A stretch of 63,985 nucleotides of DNA, filler included, from Reclinomonas americana ATCC 50394 (Eukaryota): NCBI GenBank assembly GCA_048213135.1. It is 6 parts of 3 records of this genome, joined end to end, with 100 filler letters (N's around TTAATTAATTAA, not from the genome) between each part and the next. Parts side by side here need not be neighbours in the genome. Positions count along the whole stretch, not along the records: positions 10,661 to 27,917 come from PS015119.1; positions 28,018 to 56,413 come from PS015119.1; 4 more parts are not named here. The stretch is one strand, 5' to 3'. Position numbers and translations under genes: made by a program. The notes beneath the pieces are model-generated. The model did no database searches, was not told where the DNA came from, and saw nothing but the letters and a program-made list of their open reading frames with translations. Shown here piece by piece: positions 17,099-31,000 of the stretch (the first letter of the stretch is position 1; every line of letters begins with the position of its first letter).

Positions 17099-17218
17099 AG
17101 AGGAAATGTATCACAACGAAAGTGGCGTCGAGACATTGAATACAAAAACATGCCGGTGTCATTCATTTTTCATTGGGGCAACAAACATTCTATGGCACAA
17201 AATTTTCCTCTGCCTTCC

Positions 17219-19145
17219 TCATCGAGCACGAGCGGGACTGCTCACGACATCTGCTGCGTGCAGGTACGACGAAGGCGACTGGCCGATGGAGCCGACATGG
17301 GAACGGAGGATTTCCATGAGGTGCGCATTGCGCTTCCGTTCCACGTCGAGCTGCGTCTCGGCATCCGCCTTCTCCCGCTCCAGTCGCGCAACGCGAGACT
17401 CGAGCAGGGTGACCCTCTCGCTGATGCACTGCGTTTGCATCGTCGCCATGAGCGCCTCCAAGGCCGCCACGCGCTTCTCCACGGCACCACTGGCCGCCGG
17501 CGAAAACAGCGAGGAGGACGCCATTTGGTCTCCAGCACGCGGACTCCTGCCGCTGTTGCTGCCACTGCCCGCACCGGATGGCGACAGCCGCGGCAGTGAG
17601 GCACGGCGAGTCAGCTTGTGTGGTGAGAGCAATCCGGCTCCGCTGTCGCCGCCCTCGGCAAACGACACTTGAATGGACCGACGGCGAGTCGACTGAGCGC
17701 CCGGCGTCATGAACCCAGGCGTGCGCGGCGACAGAGTGCCCACCGACCACGTGTCCTCCGAGTCGGCCTCCACATCGATCGACAGCTGCGGGCGACCGTC
17801 GCCCTCTCCATCGCCACCATCCTCTTCGCCGTCCTCGTGTCGGTTGGCGTACGCCTCAATGATGCGCTGCGCCGTCGTCACCTGCGTGTCGGTGATCGTG
17901 GCATACAGTTCCGCGTCCTCAAACGGCGCCAGCTCGTGCAGCGTCACCGATGCCGGGTCAACCACCAGATCGGTGCTGCGCGTCAGATCGAACTGCGGTC
18001 GGCGCGGCGGGTTGTCGTTCTCGTTCCACGCATAGTCAAACGAGTGCAACAGACGGGCCTCCAGAGTGCGCGCATTCGCCAGTGTGGCGGTGCACGGCAC
18101 CGAGCCAGTGACACAGTAGCGCACCCAGATCTCGAGTCCGCTCTCCAGTGCGTCGCACATCAGGCGCCTGTGCATGGGGGGAGGGGAAGAGGTGAGTGTT
18201 GGCGACCTCAGAAGATCTCTTCTCTTGCGCACATGTCGCACCTGAGCTTGTCGTTGCTGCAGGCATTGTAGTACAGCGACGAGACGCGGTAGCCGAGGAC
18301 CGAGCAGGCGCGCACATAACACACGCCCCAGCTGTCGGTCTCCACATCGTGCACGGCGAGCTCGACCACACCCGGCTGCTCCGGCGCCTTGATGCCCTGA
18401 TTGTCGACCACGGGGCGGCGGCGATTCGACATGCGATCAAAGCGCAGACCGCGCTCACGCAGCGACGGGCCATCCTCGGACGACAGCAGGCGCTGCCAGT
18501 TGGCAAACTGCCAGCCGCTCTGATCCAGCACCGCATCGGCGTACTTTTCGCGCAAGTACCGCCGACGCAGACGCAAGCCGCCCGCCGTCTTGAAGAACGT
18601 CAGGCCGCAGTCGCCCTCCAGATGCACGCCCAGCGCACCAGCATACGTGCCAATGACAATGCCCCAGCGGGCATCGGAGAGCTGCTGCACGCGGTCGCCC
18701 GGCTTCACTTGCCACTCGGCCAGGCACTTGTCGGCCTCCGTGTGCATCTCATACGCCTGGCCCGTCTTGCTGCAATAGGTGCACTTGGAGGCGCCTTCCG
18801 TGGGCACAATACGCACTCGACGCAGGCGGTAAAATTCCTCGTGAGCGCGCACACCGCGGTAGCATCGCGCGCCGCCTTCGCCGTCAAACTGAAAGTACAA
18901 CTCGCCATCGTCGACTCCGACGCCCACAATGGTGGCCAGACGCGAGATGTTCTCCTCAGTGAGGTGCTCCTGCGCGGGTGGCACTGTGGTGAGTGACTGA
19001 GAGAGGGAGAGAGAGTGGGGGAATGGGGAGACGCAACAATCACGTTGACGACTTGTCCGCGTCGGAAAAAGTCGCCAAAGCGCAGGCACGCGGCATCCGA
19101 TGTGCGCACTGGGATGATCTGTCCTTCAGTAGTGCAGTACTGCAT
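17219..19145 (-). CDS. Protein with two SH3/KOW-like repeats, an EFFECTOR OF TRANSCRIPTION-type GIY-YIG domain and a C-terminal coiled coil
   Basis: FANWQRLL..PGVVELAV..CYV..YRV..ALESGLEIWVRY..ARTLEARLLHSFDYAWNENDNPPRR matches the layout of the plant ET GIY-YIG domain. Short GT-AG introns. Confidence 0.65.
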
Positions 19146-20084
19146 GTGGTGACGTCTCTCTCGTTCTCCGCAAACACACAATGACCAGTGCACCGAAAAA
19201 CGACATTGCGGTTTTTTTGTCGGGGAGCGAAGTTTTTTGTCCTGTCGACGCTTTGATGGCTCGGTTGTGGATTCTCTCGCTAAGGAAGCCAAGCCCGTGA
19301 CTCGCACTGGCGACGTGTTCAAACTGGGGAAACGAGTTCGAGTTCAAACGGATGGATTTTGTGGACGTGGAAGTCGACCGCCAAGTCGATCCGCAGCGTC
19401 GAGTACGGGCGAGGCTAGTCGGCTGTTCTGGTCTGATCTGGTCGCAGACATGGACTTCGAAGCCGGGTCATATATATCGACGATATCAGCCGCGGGTCTT
19501 CCGATATCGATTTTCTCTCGCGCTCACGACAGCTGTTGCTTGTTTGTTGGTGAATGAATTGTTGTTGTTCGAACCTTCGTCAGCGGAGCGGTGTCGGCGT
19601 GATCACCCGTATTGTGGCCAAAGCTGTCGTTGACGGTGCAGTTGTTGATATTCCGACGTCACAAAGATGCTGTCGAGATGTCGAGTAATATCGGTAATCG
19701 GACTGACGGATCCGGAGTTCGCCAACCATTTCCGGGTCCACAGAGAGAATCACGCCGCGGCCACTCCTCAGTCCTGCAGGAAGAACACCATCCCACCTCC
19801 CGAACACACGGTGCCGCATAGCAATTCGGAAAACAGAAAAAAACTCGCTTCTTGAATCCGACCGTTACGCTTGGCGGAATTTTCATTTGTCAGTGCTGTT
19901 CCTGTTCGTTGCGCGCGCACGCGTGCCTCTCATCACACACACACTTGTGCACTCGCGCGACAGACAGACAGACACACGCGCACGCGCACACGTACATACA
20001 TAGCGAGAGAGAGACAGACAGAAACACAGAGCTCCTCCACACACACGCGCGCGCGCTTTGACAGAGGCGTGCTGGTGAGAAGAA

Positions 20085-22144
20085 ATGCATCAGCGCGGTC
20101 GTCGACCGCGCATGCGGTCGGTGCTGGAGCAGCACGCTGGGGGCTTTGATGACGACGATGGGTACGTCGATGCGGGTGGAGGCGCAGCCACAGCAGCAGG
20201 AGGCACAGGCATGGTGGCGGCCAGTGACAGTTCAGATGGTGGTGTTGGTGGCTCACCGCCGTCCTCGCGACGCGGTCGCCAACGAGAGCATCACGTGCAA
20301 CGACAACTTCAGCAGCAACAGCAACAGCAGCCGCCTACACAAGGTGCGCCGCGACCAGTTGCGGCAAAGGCGGTGGCGGCGAGTGCAACGATCCCTCCCA
20401 CGGCGGCCGCCTTGGCCAAGAGTGGTGGGCNNNNNNNNNNNNNNNNNNNNNNNNNNNNNNNNNNNNNNNNNNNNNNNNNNNNNNNNNNNNNNNNNNNNNN
20501 NNNNNNNNNNNNNNNNNNNNNNNNNNNNNNNNNNNNNNNNNNNNNNNNNNNNNNNNNNNNNNNNNNNNNNNNNNNNNNNNNNNNNNNNNNNNNNNNNNNN
20601 NNNNNNNNNNNNNNNNNNNNNNNNNNNNNNNNNNNNNNNNNNNNNNNNNNNNNNNNNNNNNNNNNNNNNNNNNNNNNNNNNNNNNNNNNNNNNNNNNNNN
20701 NNNNNNNNNNNNNNNNNNNNNNNNNNNNNNNNNNNNNNNNNNNNNNNNNNNNNNNNNNNNNNNNNNNNNNNNNNNNNNNNNNNNNNNNNNNNNNNNNNNN
20801 NNNNNNNNNNNNNNNNNNNNNNNNNNNNNNNNNNNNNNNNNNNNNNNNNNNNNNNNNNNNNNNNNNNNNNNNNNNNNNNNNNNNNNNNNNNNNNNNNNNN
20901 NNNNNNNNNNNNNNNNNNNNNNNNNNNNNNNNNNNNNNNNNNNNNNNNNNNNNNNNNNNNNNNNNNNNNNNNNNNNNNNNNNNNNNNNNNNNNNNNNNNN
21001 NNNNNNNNNNNNNNNNNNNNNNNNNNNNNNNNNNNNNNNNNNNNNNNNNNNNNNNNNNNNNNNNNNNNNNNNNNNNNNNNNNNNNNNNNNNNNNNNNNNN
21101 NNNNNNNNNNNNNNNNNNNNNNNNNNNNNNNNNNNNNNNNNNNNNNNNNNNNNNNNNNNNNNNNNNNNNNNNNNNNNNNNNNNNNNNNNNNNNNNNNNNN
21201 NNNNNNNNNNNNNNNNNNNNNNNNNNNNNNNNNNNGTGCGCGCACGGATGGATCGTTGTGTGTGGTTGTGGTTGCTCACATATGTGTGTCTGTGTGTAGG
21301 GTGGCCGAGAACTTCTTCCCAGAGCTGGAGTGCCCGGGAGTGTGCAAAGAGTTGCGCGCCCGCGCTCCTCCCCATTCTGCTTTTATTGCACCACTCCATT
21401 TTATTGACTTGTTTTTTCTTCTTTCTCTCTTTTTTTGCGATCACCGTCACAGAGCTTGCCTCGAACGGTCGCTGAACGACGGGAGGACAGTACGCATGCG
21501 TCTCTTCGACACGAGCCCGGCTCCCGAGTATGAGAAACTTCGCGAGGCAGTGTGGATTCCCAACGCCTCTGTATTTTTGGTTCTGTTTTCGCTGGTACGG
21601 TCGTACCAAGTATCGAGGGACTCTCTCAAGCCTCTGGTACGCATCACTTCGTACTTGCGCGCGCACACACGCACGTCGCTCGCGAGAAAGAAAGAAAACC
21701 CATACATGCGCTTTTGCATGCTTGCAGATCAACGATATCAAGACGAGGGCACCCGGCGTTCCAATACTACTGGTGGGCACCAAGCACGATCTGCGCTCCC
21801 GAGAGAACGAGTTGGCCGGCGCCTGTGTGTATGGCGAGATGCTCGAGGAGGAGACGGTGGCGGTAACCAGGGAAGAGGTGCGGCGGCATTCCTTCCATTT
21901 GCACGATTCTCCGTCTCTTCTCCTCACTCCTTTTTCACATTCGTAGGGTGCGGATCTGGCGCGAGAGATTGGAGCCATGGCGTACGCTGAATGCTCCGCC
22001 ATGACGGGCGAGGGTGTTGTCGACGTCTTCAATGTCGCCACCCTGGCCGTACTGAAGGCTCGCAACAAGAGAGCCGGAACCAGCGTCCTCTTGCAGGGCA
22101 CCCGACCTGAGAAAAAGACCCGACGCTGCTGCGTCGTACTGTAA
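20085..22144 (+). CDS. Atypical Rho/Rac-family small GTPase with N-terminal extension and CaaX box
   Basis: Spliced: ..RMRLFDTSPAPEYEKLR..VFLVLFSL..PGVPILLVGTKHDLR..GADLAREIGAMAYAECSAMTGEGVVDVF..KKTRRCCVVL*. The P-loop is presumably hidden in the N gap 20431-21235. Confidence 0.8.
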
Positions 22145-22226
22145 CGCTGTCGCTTGTTAGGTAGTTGGCCAAGCGACGCGCGGCATATTTTGTTCAAATG
22201 TCCACACATAAATCGAGAAAGTGCGT

Positions 22227-25200
22227 TCACTCCATGTGATCAAACACATATTCGCGTGCCCGCCGCAACACACCCATGAATGCCTCCTGCCGCTCCACCC
22301 GCCGTCTCAGCGCACGACACGCCTTGCCGGCCACCAGCCGCCAAGTACTCTGCTGTTCGGCAAAGCGTCGCTGCGAACGAGCCAAAACGTGTAACGGTCA
22401 GAAATACAATTTGTTTGTCACCTCTGTCTTCGTACCTCCAACACGGCCAGCGACAGAGCAGTGTACCACAGTTGAGGAGCCGGCAACTGCAGTGGTTGAC
22501 CGACTTGGTCAATCTGTGCGCGAATCACATACAAACGGCGGCATGATTGGTTAGAGAACAAACTCGGAATGTATGAGACAGGCAAGAAAATACGGCTGCG
22601 AACCGCGTCCACCGAGGGTGTGCCGCGGAACAGGGCCAGCACGCTGGACAAATCGCGCCACAGTCCGTCAGCTTGCTGAGCGTAGAGTACGCGGTCCAAC
22701 GGCGACATGTCCACCATTGACGCTGCAGCCGCCGCTGCGGCCGAGGCACTCGGTGAGGCGACTGCCGACGGGGAGTCGACCAGTGAGCTGGGCGAGAGCA
22801 GTCCACTGTCGTCGCTTGCACTCGCTCCCTTGGGCGCAGTAGCAGGGCTGGCTGCGACGCGAGCGGATCCGCGACGCGCGCTTCCTCGACGAGGCGCACG
22901 GCCGGCACTGCCCTCGGCGCGCTCAATCTGCTTGGCACGATTGGTGGCCTTGGAGGACGGCAGCTTGTCGGCATACAACATCGACTTGAGAGCCACAGGC
23001 TGTGAATCACCGCCCCCGGCAGCCTCCACCAGCACCAACGACGTATAATTGGACGGCATGCCGAACGGAACAGCCCACGACAGCACCTCCTGCCGCGAGG
23101 CCGCCAGTTGCTCCAAATCGGCCACTCGTTGACGAGCCGCCAACATGTGCACGTGCGTGCCTTGTTGCGCGCGCGAGACATCCATCACATATTCAGCCGT
23201 GCGTCGACCCAGTGCTGCGCGACATGAACCAGATGAGATTGAAAAGAACGGCAATGAAGAAAGGAAAGCAACGCAACTGGTCGAATGGTACTGCACGGTG
23301 ACAGTGACGGGTTCGGGGTGCTCGGAACAGGTGGCGTACAACAGAGTGGTGGAGCCGGCAAAGAGCGGTGGCACGGCCGTAAACAGAGGCTGAATGCGTC
23401 GCGACGAGAATGTCACGTGCACGTCGGTGAGACTCGGCACCTGGGCGGCTATTGCAGGTGGCGGGTGGTGAGCATCACAGTTTTCATGTGCGACGGCATT
23501 CTTGTCTGCAATCGAACCTGCCAGCTGGAAGAGCACCACGTCGGTGAGGACATCTACACTGCCGGCAATCTCGACAAACTTGTGCATGCCACGACCGAGA
23601 CGAGCCTTTGGTGCGATATGCACGTCAAATCAACGACGATCGTGATGCGCAGGAAAGGCCCCGACACCGACACGTACCAGTTCAACCACCAAGTGCGTGT
23701 CGACGGCATCTCCGATACCAATGGTGAAGAGGCGAGTGGAGGGTTGCAGCCGACGAACTGGTCACACACAAAACGTCAATATTACACAAACACGCACACA
23801 ACTGCGAGGGAAACGACGCACCGATATCGAAGCACTCCTCCTTGTTCTTGACACGCCCATCGGTAAGCAAGAACACTTGGCGGGTGACACCCATCGGCAC
23901 AGGCAGCTGCGCATCGTGGCCCACGCAAAATCAGCCAGGGAGAGTACAGCAAGCACGGCAAATAACCGCAACATTCTCAATGTCCTCCAACACTGGCGCA
24001 AGGCGTGTGCCGCCCATGTCAGCATCCATGGCACCGATGAAGGCGCGCGCCTCGGCGTTGACCGCATCCGAGTTGGCTCGTGGCGCCATCCACAACTGCT
24101 GGTGCGCGCTGCCAAACCTACAATCGGGCGTGAGTGAGAGCAGACAGACAGATTTCCAACAGCAGCGCTGATGCCAGCACACAACTTGATAATGTTGAAG
24201 GGCACGTCGAGTGCAAGACTTTGAATGAAGAGCATGCAGGCACGCTTCGACTGCTCCATGCGTAGTCCCTCCATGGATGTCGAGCAGTCGACGACAAAGA
24301 CCAGCTCCGTGTTGGGTGTCGACGGAAGCAGTTCCGGTGGCGGCACTGCGCAAACACATTGGTGAGTACCTCTGCAACAGGATTGGATGTATGTCACGAT
24401 GTTGTGCACCGAGGGCGAGGCATATCGCAAACGACATGGGATCGTTGCGCGAGACACTCGGGTGCTTCTCCACCAATACTGCTGGGAACGGCCAGGGTCG
24501 CAAGAACACGTTGACTACGAGGTAGTCGGCTTGCAGAGGGTCGCTCACTGCCACCACATCCGCCTGCCAGCAGCAACGAACCGCAAGCATGAGAGATTCG
24601 GCTTGCACAAGCCCCCTTTTCCCCCACCGCAGTACCCACGCACCGTGTTGCCATTGAGGGTCACTTGCAGCGGATGAGTTGGCGACTGCACGTCGGCAAT
24701 CGGCGCCGTCATGGAGCACGCAATGTCGAGAATGGGAGTTCCAGCAGCCCGGCTGCACAGCGAGCGCGCGTGATGGTGAGCAGGCAACCCGACCACTCAC
24801 AGACAAGCGCAAGAAACGCAACATGACACTCGGCGGCAGCACGTTCAACGGCAGCGCGAGACGCACACTTCGAGACGATGGATCGTAGGTGGCATTGAGA
24901 TAGCACGTGTAGCGAATGACGACCTGCACAGTACCGAGTGAGTGACATTCACACCAACAAAACTGCCTTCTTCTTCTTCCCCAAATGGCCACACACCTCG
25001 CTCTCGGACGGAATGCGACCCAAATCAAACACCAGCAACTCCTGATCCATTGTGGCCACCAGCGCCGCTCTCTCATCCAGCTGGTCCTCTTGGTCGAACT
25101 CGGCAAAAGCCTGTGGCTTTCGCTGGATGGCGCTCTGCAGGGTGGGGAAAGTCAAGCAGTTCAGCTCACACCAAGCATACAAGCAAATACACAACGATAA

Positions 25201-26593
25201 CAACAACAACAACGACGACGCAACCGTCAGCTCGCGACCATCGACTTGCGCGACAAATTCACCAAACACGCTCGTGTGGTCCAGCAGCGGCAACACGTAC
25301 TGGAATGGACCCGCCGAAGAGGCGCGATTCACAAAGCGCTGCATCACGGTGACCGACGCGCAAAAATCGTGCAACTCGGCCGACACTTCGGCATCTGCGC
25401 ACACCAAGAATCATGAGTTGGCCAGTTTCGCATACAACTACCAGTGGAAGTGATGGCGGCTCTCACCAACAAGCTCCACGGCCAGCACCGGCTCGAGAGG
25501 ATACTGTCGCGTGCAGTCACGGATGCGGAAATGGTACGGGATCGGTCGGGGCAGCGGAGGAACCGACGGCACATGATGCGCCAGCACCACGTCAGTGGAC
25601 GATGCCGTCGCGGCGTCTTCCGCCTCTTGCGACTCTTCGTTCCAGTCAAAGTAGTCGACGGGTGCGTCAATGAACTCTTTGCGCGGATCCATGGGTTCCG
25701 CAAACACGTCCACCGAGGCGACGGAGCGGTGCCGCTGCGGCTGGCGGCGATCTTGCACGCCCTCCAGTTGCAGCGTGCGGTTCCGACCAAAGAAGAAGTT
25801 GCGCTTCTTCCGCGTGGTGCGGAGCGGGGCTTCGATCTGCAACGTCACAACAGATAAGAACGGTGGGAACCTTTGAGCACGTGGGACTGACATCCATGGG
25901 GAGGTGCGCAACGGTTTCACCCTCGCCATCGTCGCCGTAGCCAGTGCTCTGCAAGCCATCGAGTGAGCTGCTGCAGACCATCGACTGCAACAAGATCAAC
26001 ACAACGCAACAATCGCTCGCTCCTCAACCGCAGGCTCGTCGGCGGCCGCCTTTTGCACGTAGAAAATGAAGGTCAGTGCATGGGAATACTTGCAAAAAAA
26101 AAACAACCTCTGTGGCGGCCAGACCTGGGAGTGCATTCCGTGGACAGCCTCGCCCAGTGCCTACACGAAATGGAAACAACAACACAACAAACAATACGCA
26201 GTAATGCAGGCAATGTGAAAGGCGCAGAACACGACTTGTGTAAGCAAAAACATGTCTTTTTCTTGTTTCATTTCACAGCACATTTCCTCTACGGGAACGC
26301 AACGGAGCCAGAGCTGCTGCCACCGGCACTCGGTGACCCGCTCTTGCCCGTACCCTTGCCACTGGCGGACCCTTGGGGCGCAGGTGGTGACCGAGGTGAG
26401 AGGCGCGGTGATGGTGCCTTGTCCATGTGAGTGCTGTGGAACTTGCCATCGGATTCCTGTGCAGATAAAAATGAGAGTCAGTCACACATCATGCTGCTGT
26501 TGTTGCTAATGCATATTCACCTCTGCGAGTCGCTTCACTTGCGCTCGGAAGGGAGCCACAGCCGACTCTGTAAGTGAAGGAATGAGTGACAAG

Positions 26594-26687
<94 letters not shown>

Positions 26688-26832
26688 CACGACGACGACA
26701 CGNNNNNNNNNNNNNNNNNNNNNNNNNNNNNNNNNNNNNNNNNNNNNNNNNNNNNNNNNNNNNNNNNNNNNNNNNNNNNNNNNNNNNNNNNNNNNNNNNN
26801 NNNNNNNNNNNNNNNNNNNNNNNNNNNNNNNN

Positions 26833-26920
<88 letters not shown>

Positions 26921-27765
26921 CGACACTCGATCAAGCGCGACAAACCGAATGCTTCGTCAGACGGATACTTGCGGCGCAGGTCGTGCAGATACTCGTCCAG
27001 AGTGGCCCATCCGCCTCCCACACGCACTGCCAATGTGCAGGTGTGAATAGAGAGAATACAACACGTCGCGTCATCACTGCCGCCACTCACCAATCACGTG
27101 CTTGCGCGCGTCAATCTTGTAAATCACACGGCGGTCCTCGATGAGAATTTCGTGCACACCGATCGAATCATCCTGGTGGCCACGGTGCGGCGACGGAGTA
27201 CGCGGACGTGGCGACGAAGCCAGTGGCAGTGGCGGCACTGCAGACGCAGGCGGATCGTCGAAAATGTCAAACGCAGATGCCGCCGCAGACTTGGCTGGTG
27301 GCTTGGACACGGCTCGTGGAGTGAAACCCGGGAACACTGCAGGTGGATACGAACAAAGTGTGAGAATCACATTTTCAGAGCACGCACAGCACCAACGCAT
27401 CGAGCACGCACAGTCGCCCGGCAAGTCTGCAAGCAATGATCTGGGTGAGAGACACATTGCCAGGCTCCACATTCTTTCACGCATGATTACTCACCGATCC
27501 GCTGCACGGTGAGCGGTTGCGAGTCACCGGATGCGTGTACACGGCAGTAGATCTCGGTGGTATACGGATCGTCGACAATAAAGACCACTCCCTCGGGCGA
27601 GTCGGCAAAGCCATCCGCATCCGCCCACGGTCCCTCCTCCTCCTCCTCACGCGACCACGACACGACAAACTGCTTGGACGCGTTGCCGCTGGTCGGTCGC
27701 ACAAACAGGTTCACGCGCCGTGTTCCGTCCTCCTGCGTGACGATGCGGCTCGAAATCTCCAAACC
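22227..27765 (-). CDS. 3' part of a giant protein: last FN3-like module, GAS2 (GAR) domain, linker, VIT domain and vWA domain (VWA5A/PARP4-like)
   Basis: GAS2: YKIDARKHVI../VRVGGGWATLDEYL. VIT: ASVTVMQRFVN..YVLPL..FVAQVDGR. vWA MIDAS: ELVFVVDCSTSMEG..FNIIKFGS..GGT..VFLLTDG..FTIGIGD. Last exon ..EYVFDHME* ends at 22227. Confidence 0.75.
26595..26918. repeat. (CA)n microsatellites flanking an N gap (intronic)
   Basis: Seen directly. Confidence 0.9.
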
Positions 27766-28017
27766 TGTCGCACACGTGAACAACTGCACACGGATCACAC
27801 TCAGCCGACGACAGTCTCGCGTACGCACCAATGCTTTCGGAGGCGCTCGGAAGCTCTGTAGAGCAACAGAACAATGCGATTAGAAAAAAGGGAAATGTGC
27901 TACAAGACGGCACACATNNNNNNNNNNNNNNNNNNNNNNNNNNNNNNNNNNNNNNNNNNNNTTAATTAATTAANNNNNNNNNNNNNNNNNNNNNNNNNNN
28001 NNNNNNNNNNNNNNNNN

Positions 28018-31000
28018 GAAACTCCATCGTCGCTCTCCGCATCGCCGTGCACCGGCGTCCACAAATCGGTGTCGCCAGGCGCCCATGACACACGGTAGTG
28101 CGTCCCGGCGGCAGGTGCAACGGCTGGCATCACGCGGATAGCGACCAGACGCGATGATCCGTCGCCGGCAAACGACACACTGCTCTGCACAGACACCACT
28201 GCAAGACGATTCCCGTCAGCTGCCGCAACGCAGCGAAAAACACGAGCCACGCACGCAAACACACCTGGCGCAGCCTGCTCGAGATCGATAGGCAGCACGG
28301 CAATCACATCGCGCGCTCCATTCGTCGACACGGCCGACACGAGACAGTAGACGCGCTCCAGCGAGACATCCTCAACGGTGAACGAGAGTCCTTCCGCGGT
28401 GTCCGCATTGCCAGGCACAGCGGTCCATGGGCCCTCCATGGTGAGGCCCCAGGCGATTTCGTGCGGCAACGGCCGCTGATCGGGGCTGGACGGCAAGCCT
28501 GGCTCCACGCGCATCTTCACCAAGTGCGTTCCGTCGGGCAGTACTTGCACATCCTTGTTGATCAGTGACACTGCGGCGGTGAATGCATGTGAGTGGCAAA
28601 AAAGAACACACAAGGAGTTTGCGAATTCCCAGGTGCATTGACAGACCGTGCGCATCGGAGCTGCTGGGCAATTCTGTGACAAGTGAAAAATAGGTGAGCG
28701 ACACCAGAGAAATGAACACGCAGGGGCGCCAGATGACAAACGACGTAACCAACGCTCTGCTCGTCCAACACCTCAGTTGTGCCGGCGCCGTCGACGCACA
28801 GGACACGCACAACGACTGTCTGAACGGACGCATCCTGCACGCCAAACGAGGCACCATTGACGGTGTCGGCCTTGTCGGCCACTCGCTGCCATGGTCCCGT
28901 GGCGCGGGTCGACCACTCAATGTAGTGATGCACTGGCTCCACGGCAGTGGCGGGCGGAGTTCCCGGCACCACCCGGAAGTTGACGCAACGCACGCCGTCG
29001 GCGCGGAAGAACAAACGGCTGTGCACCTCCGTGGCTACACATCATGCACAAACAAACACACTCAGTCTCAAACGGCGACATGCGGAAAAATACACGATAT
29101 GGGCGCACGTTGAGGCGGCTCTGGAAGGGCTGCACAGCAAGAGACAAAAATAGTGAGTGGCCATTCTTTTCAAGGTGGGGAGCAGACAACTCGGGCCAGC
29201 TCTCACCAATGGTAGGCGCGGTAACCAGTCGGCTGGCACCCGACGGACGCACAGCTTCCACACGCGCCGTGACGCTCTCCACGGCCGGGTCGTGCACGAA
29301 GAAGGTGACACCATCCTCCTCTTCTGCGTTGCCGACCACCGATTGCCACGGACCCTGCGACGACAGCGACCAGGAGACGTGGTAGTGCGTGTGCGGTTGG
29401 ACAACACCGGGCTCCACACGAATGTTGACGGAGCGCGAAAAATCCTCGGTGAAATCGACATGCACACGGACGCGAGTGGCTGTGAGTGGGGGAAACACGG
29501 GAACAACAAGTGAGCAATTTCATCATCAAATGCAGGTCGCAGATCGCATAACGCGCATCGACTGACCTTCCGACTCTGGTGCCAACGGCAGCACTGTTTT
29601 TCGTGCTCAACCAGTGAGCAACTACAAAAATCGTATACGGGGTCGGAACACACACATGACACTCACCAATGCGCTGAACGGAGCTAAACTCGCCACGGCG
29701 TCCGGCACAAATAACGGCCATGCGAATGTAGACCACATCCACCGCCGTGTCGGCGACATTGATGAGCACCGGGCCCGGCTGCTCCACATCCTCCACATCG
29801 GCCTCCGACTCTGTCCACGGGCCGGCCTCGTTGTCGGCCCAGGCGACGCAGACGCGAGTGACGGGCGCACTCGACGACCTTACACCCAGCGAGTGGCGGC
29901 TCACCGGCACCGACAATACTCGCACACCATTCGACGACACAGTCACTGGTGTGTCGGCTGGTGGTGGCGGCGGTGTAGGCGGTCTCGGAGGCGAGGCAGT
30001 CACTGCGATGGCAGACAAGGAGAGAGGCGAGTGAGGATTCATTCACCTGGCGTGCGCAGTGAAGCGAGTTCTGCTCTTACGCAACCAAAGCGCGAGGTGG
30101 CCGAGCTGTCGCTGGCACGCCCGTCGTCAGTGGACTTGGCAACGACGCGCACAAACAGTTCTGTGTCGTAGTCGAAGCCGTCGCACACAATGTTGGGCCC
30201 TGCCTGGTTCTCGGCCGCTACTGACCACGGTCCGTCGGCGCCCGCCTTGGACACCAACACCGTGTACGTAGTTCCGGCCGGCGCGCGATCGCTGAGCGAT
30301 ACACGAACGGCAAACGGGTTCTCGCCATCCTGCTCCACAGCAGCGATGGCGGGCGTGCTCGGCAGAGTGCCTGCCAAACCACAGCGTGAGAAGGTGAGAG
30401 AGAGAGAGAGAGAAACACCACTGCCACAAATCGCGGGACGAACCGTGCGACTGGACATGGCTCCACATGCTGCCGTTGTGCGAGGCGCGCACAAATACAG
30501 TGCTGGCGGCTGGGAGCTGCGACAGCGTAACGCGAGGCGCGTGCGAGTGGACCGCTTTCCACGGCCCGTTGGCGCTCTCGACTGACCACTCCACCACGTA
30601 CTCGTCCTTGTCGACATCACTCGGACCGGCTGCTGCTGCTCCAGCGGCGTTCTGTGGTGGCACGTCGGTTAACGCAAGAAAGCATCGGATGGACACAGCT
30701 GGTGCACGCAACGGCCGCCACGACAACATCCATGGTTGACGAAGTAGTGCCCACAATCTCCACACCTGGTCCTTGCTCTTGCGGCAGTTCTGCATGTTTT
30801 GGGAAGTGAATGGAAGGATGATGAGCGGTGTGCATAGTGCATGCAAAAATCAAATATCGAGCACACGGAACGCACCAATAGCCACCACCTCCGAGTAGTC
30901 GCCGACTCCTGCAGCGTTCTCGCCAACCACACGCACATAGACGGTGTGGCCGGCGGGCAGGGAGTCAACGGCAACAGAGCTGCTGGCTACAGCACCGCGA

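Noticed and set aside
19150-20080. Possible small gene or ncRNA in the region between the GIY-YIG and Rho genes
   Set aside because: No recognisable snRNA, tRNA or snoRNA motif or protein signature by eye; it would need a cmscan or RNA-seq check.
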